Part shown: in pieces, positions 27,760 to 35,482 of the stretch | Position numbering within the stretch: position 1 is the stretch's first letter | Layout of the letters: the number at the start of each line of letters is the position of its first letter | Virus record (IMG/VR): IMGVR_UViG_2529292997_000024 | Origin: a virus | Lineage: Duplodnaviria > Heunggongvirae > Uroviricota > Caudoviricetes > Peduoviridae | Strand: one strand, 5' to 3' | Length of the DNA stretch: 35,482 bases | The notes under the pieces: generated by a model | What the model was told of the DNA's origin: nothing | Seen by the model: only the letters and a program-made list of their open reading frames with translations | The model's database searches: none | Program-made: the position numbers and the translations under genes

Positions 27760-30015
27760 TTACCACTCATCAATCACTGGATATTTGAATTTTTTATTAT
27801 CATAAATCACCATCGCCCCACGCGCCAGCGCCTCAAGCTCCCATCGCTGAGGCCTGATACCGTTCTGAGCAAGGTCAACGCGGATACGGGTAATTTGCAA
27901 TCGTTCCGGCCGGGTCAGCCTGGCCGATGGTGCAATTTCATGTGGTTTTAACGGGCTTCCGTTTCTTTGCTGACGATTTGGTGTTCTCAGGCCGTGTTTT
28001 AATGCGCCCCTGAGCACCCTCACGACCTCCGGGTCATTCCATTCGATAACACCGTCATCAACCAGATTAAGCACTGCTGCGGCGTGTTCAGAAGGTGTGG
28101 GAGCCGGTAACGAAGTATCACCACTGGTGAGCTTTCCACAGTTATTGACAGGACTCCGAGGCGCGGCGATGCCGCTTTTTAAAGTCAAAGGCTCAACGAC
28201 CGGAACTTTCGGCACAATGCGCCAGTCCGTCGTTCTGGTGATATGAATATGACGCGCGCCGAGATGCGGCGCGTAAATGCCGACCACTCTCTCGACTTCT
28301 TCCTCGTACTCGTTAACTTCATCCGACGGGCTACGGGCGACTCTGACAGTCTGACAATCGCGCGGGACATTTGCCCCACCCTGCGCGCTGATATACAACG
28401 CAAAATCACCACTGTCTGCGGCGGCGCGTGCAGCCTCGACGCGCTCGTCAAACTCATCAGCAATGCTGACGCCGCGCGGCAATTTGCGTAGTTCACGGTA
28501 AGCCCCCATTGTCGGCAGGCCAACCGTTTTAAATTGCGGGATGCGCCACGTTGACGCCCATGCGGTAACAGCCGCTGCAGTGTCTTTCAGCGGCCTGCCG
28601 GTGTCGTTATCGAGCTGACCATCCAGTGCATAGCCGTCGATGTTTTTTGAAATGTATTTCGCGATATATCCCGCAGCACCGCCCCGGTTAAGGTGTTTTG
28701 CCTGAAAACGGTTTCGCGCGGCTCCTCTTTCGTCGCCATCCTCTTTGAGCGCATAGCGACGCATGATTTCGATAATCTGGTTACGCTGGCGTGAATTACA
28801 AAAAAGCATCATATGCCAGTGCGGCGTTCCGTCGTGGTGTGGCTCGACGACACGCAAACCGTAGACCTGTAAATCATTATCCTTGAATGCCGTGCGCATC
28901 AGGCTCCAGATACGGCAGAGATAACGCTGCGCATCCTTTGGATTAAATGCCTCATCGTTCCAGCCGTGATTAAGCTGCACGGTTTTACTTTCGCCTTTTC
29001 CTACCTGACGTGTCGGGTGATACTTTGACGGCGCGGTCAGCGTGATAAACATCCCCACATCACCCTCTGCAGCGGCGTAACGCTCAATACCGGCAATGGT
29101 GTTCATCAGCTCCATCCGGCGAATTTCAGGATTAGAAATACTGCCCATCACCTTACTGATAAGGTCGATGCGCTCGCCGGTTTCCCTGTTTTCAAGGTCA
29201 CACGATTTAAGAAATTCCAGATTTGCCTGGCGGCGCGCACGCACATCACGAATGGCGTGTTTACTGGCATAAGGAGAACGGTCTTTATTGACCTCCCCGA
29301 CAGCTATCAGTAACGCTTCATGCCAGCGCATACGCTGGCCTTTAAGCTGATGAGTCCACCACTCATCGTTAAACAGACGGGCAATGGCAGAATATGCCTG
29401 CCTCGTGGTCATCTGTCTTTTACGGTATTTTTTCCAGTAGAGAGGGGAAATATTGAAAGCTCGTGCAGCGCCAGCAACATGACCATACAGGTGATCCTGA
29501 GCCTCATCCGTAAACAGTGATTCTTTTTCGCCATGCGCATCCACCCAGGCATCGCTGAGTTCCTCATACATCATGAAAAGCTGCGATGAGATACGGGCGG
29601 CAAACTTTTTCAGCTCCTTGTCATTCATTCCCGGCAGGCGCGCATAGTGATCACGCTCTGCCAGAAACAGCAACGACGCGTCGGTGTTCATTTCATGGCG
29701 CTGATTCACACGCTCAATGCGCGGCCATAAACGACGCTGAAAAGTGGATGTGAGGAAATAAAACCCGTGCACCGGGCTTTTATTGCGCCGGATGTAGTCA
29801 TAGCGTGAAGTAAACAGCGAGCGCAAAAAGTAAGGCAGGCGGTTAATCGTGGATAAAACACCTTGCACCTGACGCATCTCGTCACGTGTAAGGGGTCTTT
29901 CGCGCCCGACGGCCTCGCGTGGCGCGTTCCATGCATAAGCACCGGTAAACGTCTTACCGGTGCCTGCGGCAAATGCTGACGGAGGGACAAAACGCCCGGA
30001 GGCTTTAACGGCCAT
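27760..30015 (-). CDS. A: Replication initiation protein A (rolling-circle nickase)
   Basis: Position and length (751 aa from the first ATG at 30015) fit P2 gpA (about 761 aa as I recall); the ORF track extends 14 codons further to 30057, where the codon is TTG. Confidence 0.88.
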   Translation of the reverse strand: MAVKASGRFVPPSAFAAGTGKTFTGAYAWNAPREAVGRERPLTRDEMRQVQGVLSTINRLPYFLRSLFTSRYDYIRRNKSPVHGFYFLTSTFQRRLWPRIERVNQRHEMNTDASLLFLAERDHYARLPGMNDKELKKFAARISSQLFMMYEELSDAWVDAHGEKESLFTDEAQDHLYGHVAGAARAFNISPLYWKKYRKRQMTTRQAYSAIARLFNDEWWTHQLKGQRMRWHEALLIAVGEVNKDRSPYASKHAIRDVRARRQANLEFLKSCDLENRETGERIDLISKVMGSISNPEIRRMELMNTIAGIERYAAAEGDVGMFITLTAPSKYHPTRQVGKGESKTVQLNHGWNDEAFNPKDAQRYLCRIWSLMRTAFKDNDLQVYGLRVVEPHHDGTPHWHMMLFCNSRQRNQIIEIMRRYALKEDGDERGAARNRFQAKHLNRGGAAGYIAKYISKNIDGYALDGQLDNDTGRPLKDTAAAVTAWASTWRIPQFKTVGLPTMGAYRELRKLPRGVSIADEFDERVEAARAAADSGDFALYISAQGGANVPRDCQTVRVARSPSDEVNEYEEEVERVVGIYAPHLGARHIHITRTTDWRIVPKVPVVEPLTLKSGIAAPRSPVNNCGKLTSGDTSLPAPTPSEHAAAVLNLVDDGVIEWNDPEVVRVLRGALKHGLRTPNRQQRNGSPLKPHEIAPSARLTRPERLQITRIRVDLAQNGIRPQRWELEALARGAMVIYDNKKFKYPVIDEW

Positions 30016-30280
30016 ATGAGCCAAAAGCCTCTGAACAACGCTTGCTGAGTTGCTCAACCTGCGCGTTTAAATCAGCAAAAGACTTTGCGCTTCCGGTCAG
30101 AATATCGTGATGCATCAGGCCGGAAACGAGCTGGCTTAATTTCGGGTAATAACCAACCACCGCCAGCCATTCCTGACCGGCGTTTTTACCGCTTTCAGCT
30201 CTCTTTTTCTCGTGGAGAATAAACTGAAAGCTGTCACTGGTAACGACATAACGTTCGCCAATTTCAATACGAATACTCAT
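30005..30280 (-). CDS. Small early-operon protein (orf83 position, 91 aa)
   Basis: ORF in the P2 B-to-A interval; stop just upstream of the A start. Confidence 0.6.
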   Translation of the reverse strand: MSIRIEIGERYVVTSDSFQFILHEKKRAESGKNAGQEWLAVVGYYPKLSQLVSGLMHHDILTGSAKSFADLNAQVEQLSKRCSEAFGSYGR

Positions 30281-30501
30281 GCCGTTCTCCGGTAATGTTT
30301 GTTTTTTGCTTCAAAAACTGACTGACAGGAAACACAACGCGTGGCTGACGGATAAGCCGCACGACGGGCAGCAGGTATTGGCGCGTCACACTCTTCGCAA
30401 ACCATCGCAGAAGCACCGCAATGTTTTACCCTTGCCGCGTTAATCTGGCGCTCCAGTAATTCAGCCTGTTGTGCCTGAATAAAATCTACGTTGTCCGGCA
30501 T
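30277..30501 (-). CDS. TraR/DksA-type C4 zinc-finger protein (orf82 position, 74 aa)
   Basis: CGASAMVCEECDAPIP...RCVSCQ gives a Cys-x2-Cys ... Cys-x2-Cys pattern. Confidence 0.65.
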   Translation of the reverse strand: MPDNVDFIQAQQAELLERQINAARVKHCGASAMVCEECDAPIPAARRAAYPSATRCVSCQSVFEAKNKHYRRTA

Positions 30502-30806
30502 TACCAGTTCCTTTTGTCGTTAAGGTTTTTAAATTCATCAGCGCAATAGCTGGCGATTTCTGTCGTTAATTTCGTCAGTTCATCCACGGAGGAGATTTGC
30601 TTGTGAAACACAGCGCGTTTAACAAGCAAATTGACCACATCAGACAGGAGGTTTAATTCGTTCTGATAAATCGCGATAACAGACTCAGTTATTTCGCGTT
30701 TTTCTTTATCAAGACCAAGTTGAATAAGAGACAAATCGCCATTTTTCATAACGGCGATTTTTAAGGCGTTATTCAGTAATACAACTGAACGAGAACAGGA
30801 CATCAA
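30501..30806 (-). CDS. Hypothetical protein (orf81 position, 101 aa), AT-rich
   Basis: ORF overlaps both neighbours by 1-4 nt (operon coupling); visibly lower GC than flanking genes. Confidence 0.55.
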   Translation of the reverse strand: MMSCSRSVVLLNNALKIAVMKNGDLSLIQLGLDKEKREITESVIAIYQNELNLLSDVVNLLVKRAVFHKQISSVDELTKLTTEIASYCADEFKNLNDKRNW

Positions 30807-31027
30807 AGCACCTCCCCGCGAGACAATCCGATATTGTGAAATTTTTCCGACTCCTGACTGAGCAGCTCGACTATCTCCACGCGGGATAACTCCGCCTTTG
30901 TGATGTGGCGAATCATGGCATCAAGATGAGAAGAAAAGCGCGTCGCAGCGTCGGCCTGTGCTTCGGTTCTGGCCTGTTGCAGCAGTAATGCGTATTTACC
31001 GCACTGATTTTCAGAAACTGTATGCAT
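30803..31027 (-). CDS. Hypothetical protein (orf80 position, 74 aa)
   Basis: ORF between B and orf81 with start/stop overlap. Confidence 0.55.
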   Translation of the reverse strand: MHTVSENQCGKYALLLQQARTEAQADAATRFSSHLDAMIRHITKAELSRVEIVELLSQESEKFHNIGLSRGEVL

Positions 31028-31090
31028 AACTTTCTCCAGGCAAAAAGAAGCCCCGCACGATTAAGTGCGTTAAAAACTCTGGTTAATTAC

Positions 31091-31597
31091 TTAATGCAGA
31101 TATTGCTCTGGTTTTACCGACGTCAGAATTGTCGGTGCATACTCAAACAGGCTGAATAATTCACGTAATGCACGGAATAAAGCATCACGCCAGTAACATG
31201 ACTCTTCATTAATTCGCCAGTATGGCTGGTTAAATTCTTTTTCAGTCAATCCGGCATGCATAAATAAAGTACGACGCTGACTGACTGTTAAAAAACTAAT
31301 ATATGCATACTCACTTGCACCGACCTGACGACGTTTTGAGAATGCCCCACGCAATTCATCAATTGCACATACCAGTCGTTCACGTTCGACGTCGTTCATT
31401 TCTTCAAAACGCATCGTTGCGTGACGCTGTTTTAACTGCGCATGAAAGCAAACTGTTAGCCGTTCGCGCTCCATCATCTGATTATAATAATCACATGTAT
31501 CCTGCCAGCGAGGAACGGCAAGATGCTTACCAATTATCCGGCGCATAGCTGCTGGCTGTTTTTCAACGAGATTGAGCGTCATCACTGTCATTTCCAT
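31091..31597 (-). CDS. B: Replication protein B (helicase-loader-like)
   Basis: 168-aa ORF (166 aa from the second ATG), matching P2 gpB in length and position. Confidence 0.8.
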   Translation of the reverse strand: MEMTVMTLNLVEKQPAAMRRIIGKHLAVPRWQDTCDYYNQMMERERLTVCFHAQLKQRHATMRFEEMNDVERERLVCAIDELRGAFSKRRQVGASEYAYISFLTVSQRRTLFMHAGLTEKEFNQPYWRINEESCYWRDALFRALRELFSLFEYAPTILTSVKPEQYLH

Positions 31598-31782
31598 ACC
31601 CTCCGGCTTTTCAGAAAGGTCAGAGCCTTTTTTAACGGACTCTGTTTTTTGGTGCGGATAATGATTCCCTTACGCCCCTTACCGTGGGTGATGGTGAAGT
31701 CAATCGCCCTGGGGCTTTCGTTACGCAGTAACTGAGCAATACAACGAGGCTCATTCATACGGTTCTCCTTAACGTGGTTCAC
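31588..31782 (-). CDS. Small basic protein (orf78 position, 64 aa)
   Basis: ORF between cox and B, overlapping both. Confidence 0.5.
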   Translation of the reverse strand: MNHVKENRMNEPRCIAQLLRNESPRAIDFTITHGKGRKGIIIRTKKQSPLKKALTFLKSRRVWK

Positions 31783-32044
31783 CGAGACCTAACCACATCA
31801 ACCAGCCGTCACGAATCTCTTTAGGTCGGCTTTCATAAGCCAGTTTTAGTCCGTTATTCCATGCCGGAAGGTATACCCAATATTCACCTGCACGACCTGA
31901 AGCTGATTGTGGATCGGTCATATCAATTACAGGCAGCTTTCCTTTATCGATCATCCGACGAACCGCTCCTGTCGATTTTCCTATTAGTTTTGCGAACTCC
32001 TGATAAGGAATCGCATCAGTCATGAGTGTTACTTGCTTGCTCAT
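31769..32044 (-). CDS. cox: Cox, excisionase and early-promoter regulator (91 aa)
   Basis: MSKQVTLMTDAIPYQEFAKLIG...; 91 aa; divergent from C, as in P2. Confidence 0.85.
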   Translation of the reverse strand: MSKQVTLMTDAIPYQEFAKLIGKSTGAVRRMIDKGKLPVIDMTDPQSASGRAGEYWVYLPAWNNGLKLAYESRPKEIRDGWLMWLGLGEPR

Positions 32045-32158
32045 GTCGTCCTCTAGCCCTCATGAATTGCGTTTAATGTCTTATAATGCCTTTTAGTGCC
32101 CACATCCAAGCACTAAACAATCTACATCTAAACTAAATACTATTGAGATCTAAACACC
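32045..32158. promoter_or_regulatory. Immunity switch region (Pe/Pc promoters and C-repressor operators)
   Basis: Direct repeats atctaaac at 32126-32133 and 32148-32155 (22 bp apart) plus related cactaaac at 32111-32118; inverted repeat tttagtgc-N10-gcactaaa at 32092-32117; tataat at 32082-32087. Confidence 0.6.
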
Positions 32159-32458
32159 ATGTCAAACACGATAAGCGAGAAGATAGTCTTAATGCGAAAA
32201 TCAGAGTATTTGAGCAGACAACAACTTGCTGATTTAACAGGGGTTCCGTATGGCACGCTGAGTTACTATGAAAGTGGTCGTTCAACACCTCCAACAGATG
32301 TCATGATGAACATCCTGCAGACCCCACAATTCACCAAATACACTTTATGGTTCATGACCAATCAGATCGCTCCTGAGTCCGGGCAAATTGCGCCCGCTCT
32401 CGCACACTTTGGGCAAAACGAAACAACGTCGCCCCACTCCGGTCAAAAGACTGGTTAA
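32159..32458 (+). CDS. C: Immunity repressor C (99 aa)
   Basis: MSNTISEKIVLMRKSEYLSRQQLADLTGVPYGTLSYYESGRS..., helix-turn-helix; 99 aa as for P2 C. Confidence 0.88.
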   Translation: MSNTISEKIVLMRKSEYLSRQQLADLTGVPYGTLSYYESGRSTPPTDVMMNILQTPQFTKYTLWFMTNQIAPESGQIAPALAHFGQNETTSPHSGQKTG

Positions 32459-32573
32459 CAATTCATCGTGAATATATTCATCACAAGTGCCTACTATTGG
32501 TGGCTAAATTTCAGCCACCACGAAAAAAGCGATTAGTAGTCGCAAAAAAACACACCACTCGGAGGGTTTTCTG

Positions 32574-33587
32574 ATGGCAATCAAAAAACTCGATGATGGT
32601 CGATATGAAGTGGACATCCGCCCTACTGGACGTAATGGAAAACGCATCCGTAGGAAGTTTGATAAGAAAAGCGAAGCTGTCGCTTTCGAGAAATACACGT
32701 TGTACAACCACCACAATAAAGAATGGCTATCAAAACCAACAGACAAGCGACGTCTGTCGGAGCTGACACAGATCTGGTGGGATTTAAAGGGTAAACACGA
32801 AGAGCATGGGAAATCTAATCTTGGAAAAATTGAAATCTTCACAAAAATAACGAATGACCCATGCGCATTTCAAATTACGAAATCGCTTATCAGCCAGTAC
32901 TGCGCCACCCGAAGAAGTCAGGGTATTAAACCTTCGAGTATCAATCGTGATTTAACATGTATTAGCGGCATGTTTACAGCCCTGATTGAAGCGGAGTTAT
33001 TCTTTGGTGAGCACCCTATCAGAGGGACAAAAAGGCTTAAGGAGGAAAAACCAGACACAGGCTATCTCACGCAGGAAGAAATTGCCTTACTGCTTGCTGC
33101 TCTTGACGGCGACAACAAAAAGATTGCGATTCTTTGCCTGAGTACTGGAGCACGTTGGGGAGAAGCAGCTCGTTTGAAAGCAGAAAATATCATCCATAAC
33201 CGCGTCACGTTTGTTAAAACGAAAACAAACAAACCACGCACCGTCCCGATCTCAGAGGCTGTTGCCAAAATGATCGCGGATAACAAACGAGGTTTTTTAT
33301 TCCCTGATGCTGATTACCCTCGCTTCAGACGAACAATGAAAGCAATAAAACCGGATTTGCCAATGGGGCAAGCCACACATGCACTAAGGCACAGCTTTGC
33401 CACTCATTTCATGATTAATGGAGGAAGTATTATCACGCTACAACGGATACTAGGTCACACGCGGATTGAGCAAACTATGGTTTACGCTCATTTTGCGCCA
33501 GAGTACCTTCAGGACGCCATTTCTCTTAATCCGCTAAGAGGTGGTACTGAGGCCGAGAGTGTCCACACAGTGTCCACAGTAGAGTAA
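32574..33587 (+). CDS. int: Tyrosine integrase (337 aa)
   Basis: MAIKKLDDGRYEVDIRPTG... with C-terminal catalytic R...HxxR...Y region; GGAGGG ribosome-binding site 7 nt upstream; adjacent to the att core. Confidence 0.9.
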   Translation: MAIKKLDDGRYEVDIRPTGRNGKRIRRKFDKKSEAVAFEKYTLYNHHNKEWLSKPTDKRRLSELTQIWWDLKGKHEEHGKSNLGKIEIFTKITNDPCAFQITKSLISQYCATRRSQGIKPSSINRDLTCISGMFTALIEAELFFGEHPIRGTKRLKEEKPDTGYLTQEEIALLLAALDGDNKKIAILCLSTGARWGEAARLKAENIIHNRVTFVKTKTNKPRTVPISEAVAKMIADNKRGFLFPDADYPRFRRTMKAIKPDLPMGQATHALRHSFATHFMINGGSIITLQRILGHTRIEQTMVYAHFAPEYLQDAISLNPLRGGTEAESVHTVSTVE

Positions 33588-33666
33588 CGTTTAAGGGCTT
33601 TCAGTGGTAATTTATGCCGCTCAAACCCGCATTGTACCGTTGAAAGCCCCTACTGGTGACACCCTA

Positions 33667-33694
33667 AATCTCCCTTACACGGGCTTATTTTTTA
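33667..33694. repeat. Right copy of the 28-bp prophage attachment core
   Basis: Exact 28-bp direct repeat of 1507-1534, 79 bp downstream of the int stop. Confidence 0.85.
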
Positions 33695-33850
33695 TGCATA
33701 AGCCGTATCCTGGTCACCGTCTTCCATTGACCACATCGATAGAATCCCCCTTCATAACACGATGCCTTTCACGTAACGGCATCGTGCTCGTACAGATTCC
33801 GGCTACGCACAACCAGAACGCGCATGTTTGACGCTTACCAAAAAATATTC

Positions 33851-34168
33851 TCACTCTCCACATTTGAATGTCAGACGAGCGACGCCATGTAATCCTGCAC
33901 CTTCTGTCTTCAGGTCAACTATCTGCATTTTTTTGCCCTGAGTAACACAGAAATGAGCTGCATCATTTTTTACTATATTTTCTGCACCAGAAATTCTGCC
34001 CCTGGCTAAAGAAGCTTCGGCTTCGGTGTAGTATTGGTTATCGAGTTTACGCTGAATATTACTTTTATATGCAAGACCAAATTTACCGATACTTGTCTCA
34101 TCATTATGTACAGCACACCCAGACATAAGAAAAACACTAATTAATGATATAGCAGCTATCTTTTTCAT
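33851..34168 (-). CDS. yegR: YegR, small putative lipoprotein (105 aa)
   Basis: MKKIAAISLISVFLMSGCAV signal peptide with lipobox; host gene between the prophage and yegS. Confidence 0.7.
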   Translation of the reverse strand: MKKIAAISLISVFLMSGCAVHNDETSIGKFGLAYKSNIQRKLDNQYYTEAEASLARGRISGAENIVKNDAAHFCVTQGKKMQIVDLKTEGAGLHGVARLTFKCGE

Positions 34169-34582
34169 CTTACCTTCCCCCATTAAATACCAACGACACG
34201 CTCTGGTGTTAAAATATAATAATGGCATGATTATTATAATTGAATAGGATTATAATAAATGTTCTGTACAACATTTCCTACATAAGTAGGAATTACATAC
34301 ACGGAGGCCCTTCCGGGTAACCCCATGGGGGGGTTAATATATTTTTAATAGTATATTGAAGATGCCACTGTTTAGTTGAATATTAGGTATATGCTCTTTT
34401 TTGAAATTTACCTATGGCTACCGTTAACATTCACTGTCCCCATTGCAAGCTCCTGGTGGTAACCACTGAATCCTCTATACTTGAACTGATTTTTTATCCT
34501 CCGACTTTCATCCTGTTCTGACTCCACCTTTTCTTTTCTGCTCTACACTATCTACAGACCAATCATAAAGGCACATACGATC

Positions 34583-35482
34583 ATGGCAGAATTTCCCGCC
34601 AGCTTACTGATTCTTAATGGCAAAAGTACTGACAATTTACCATTGCGCGAAGCAATTATGCTGTTGCGTGAGGAAGGAATGACGATCCATGTGCGGGTCA
34701 CCTGGGAGAAAGGCGATGCCGCACGATATGTAGAGGAGGCCCGGAAGTTGGGCGTCGCAACGGTGATTGCCGGTGGTGGCGATGGCACCATTAATGAAGT
34801 TTCTACGGCGTTGATTCAGTGTGAGGGGGATGACATACCCGCGCTAGGAATTTTGCCATTAGGAACCGCCAATGATTTTGCCACCAGTGTAAGGATTCCT
34901 GAGGCACTGGATAAGGCGCTGAAACTGGCAATTGCCGGTGACGCCATTGCGATAGATATGGCGCAGGTCAACAAACAAACCTGTTTTATTAATATGGCGA
35001 CAGGCGGATTTGGGACGCGTATTACCACAGAAACGCCGGAAAAATTAAAAGCCGCGCTGGGTGGCGTCTCTTACATCATTCATGGCTTAATGCGCATGGA
35101 TACTCTGCAACCGGACCGTTGTGAGATCCGCGGTGAAAACTTTCACTGGCAAGGTGACGCCCTGGTCATTGGTATTGGTAACGGGCGTCAGGCCGGTGGC
35201 GGTCAGCAATTGTGCCCGAACGCGTTAATTAACGATGGCTTGCTGCAACTGCGCATTTTTACCGGCGATGAAATTCTTCCGGCTCTCGTATCAACATTAA
35301 AATCTGACGAAGATAACCCGAATATTATCGAAGGCGCTTCGTCGTGGTTTGATATACAAGCCCCACACGAAATCACTTTTAATCTTGATGGCGAACCGTT
35401 GAGCGGACAAAACTTTCATATTGAAATACTTCCGGCGGCGTTGCGTTGTCGATTACCACCAGATTGCCCATTGTTGCGTTAA
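34583..35482 (+). CDS. yegS: YegS lipid kinase (diacylglycerol-kinase-like fold), complete 299 aa
   Basis: [32 protein letters not shown]... with GGDGT motif; host gene ending at the window edge. Confidence 0.88.
   Translation: MAEFPASLLILNGKSTDNLPLREAIMLLREEGMTIHVRVTWEKGDAARYVEEARKLGVATVIAGGGDGTINEVSTALIQCEGDDIPALGILPLGTANDFATSVRIPEALDKALKLAIAGDAIAIDMAQVNKQTCFINMATGGFGTRITTETPEKLKAALGGVSYIIHGLMRMDTLQPDRCEIRGENFHWQGDALVIGIGNGRQAGGGQQLCPNALINDGLLQLRIFTGDEILPALVSTLKSDEDNPNIIEGASSWFDIQAPHEITFNLDGEPLSGQNFHIEILPAALRCRLPPDCPLLR

Larger units (their letters stand above)
1507..33694. mobile_element. P2-like (Peduovirus-type) prophage, apparently complete, integrated into the 3' end of cyaR
   Basis: Bounded by a 28-bp direct repeat; complete collinear set of P2 genes from ogr to int; cos site present; integrase adjacent to the right att copy. 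Confidence 0.92.

Noticed and set aside
32476-32510. Hairpin ggtggct-aaatttc-agccacc between C and int
   Set aside because: A good stem, but the flanking A-run is on the wrong side for a Rho-independent terminator on the C-int transcript; function is unclear, so it is not called.
32504-32842. 112-aa minus-strand ORF overlapping the C-int intergenic region and the int 5' end
   Set aside because: It is antisense to the integrase start, and nothing in P2 organisation supports a gene here.
33604-33831. 75-aa plus-strand ORF spanning the right att core
   Set aside because: It crosses the att core and the relic/intergenic DNA with no ribosome-binding site; most likely non-coding.
1-35482. CRISPR arrays, tRNA/rRNA genes, IS elements or transposases
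   Set aside because: I saw no regularly spaced short direct repeats, no tRNA-like cloverleaf sequence at the att site (the target is the sRNA cyaR), and no transposase-like ORFs or terminal inverted repeats.

Overview
This window is an Escherichia-type chromosomal locus (yegQ ... yegR-yegS) carrying an apparently intact ~32.2 kb P2-like (Peduovirus-type) prophage. The prophage is integrated into the 3' end of the sRNA gene cyaR and is bounded by a 28-bp direct repeat (1507-1534 and 33667-33694). The gene order is the canonical P2 order: ogr-D-U-T-E/E'-FII-FI-[cargo]-G-H-I-J-W-V-S-R-lysCBA-K-Y-X-L-M-N-O on the minus strand, P-Q on the plus strand, cos, [cargo], then A-orf83-orf82-orf81-orf80-B-orf78-cox on the minus strand and C-int on the plus strand. 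Most ORF lengths match P2 proteins exactly as I recall them; all assignments are from reading the translations, with no database search. Two variable cargo slots are occupied by non-P2 genes. The slot between cos and gene A, where P2 carries tin/old, holds an AT-rich, translationally coupled pair: a DprA/Smf-like protein and a PRTase-like protein. This resembles the ShosTA toxin-antitoxin/defence family and is the strongest candidate defence module here. The slot between G and FI, where P2 carries Z/fun, holds a Nudix hydrolase and a HAD-family phosphatase of unknown role. Other points of interest are the E/E' -1 frameshift site, a nested spanin gene, an extended tail fibre with three tandem repeats, the cos site, the C-repressor operator repeats, and a short relic of an older P2-like element just outside the right att copy.
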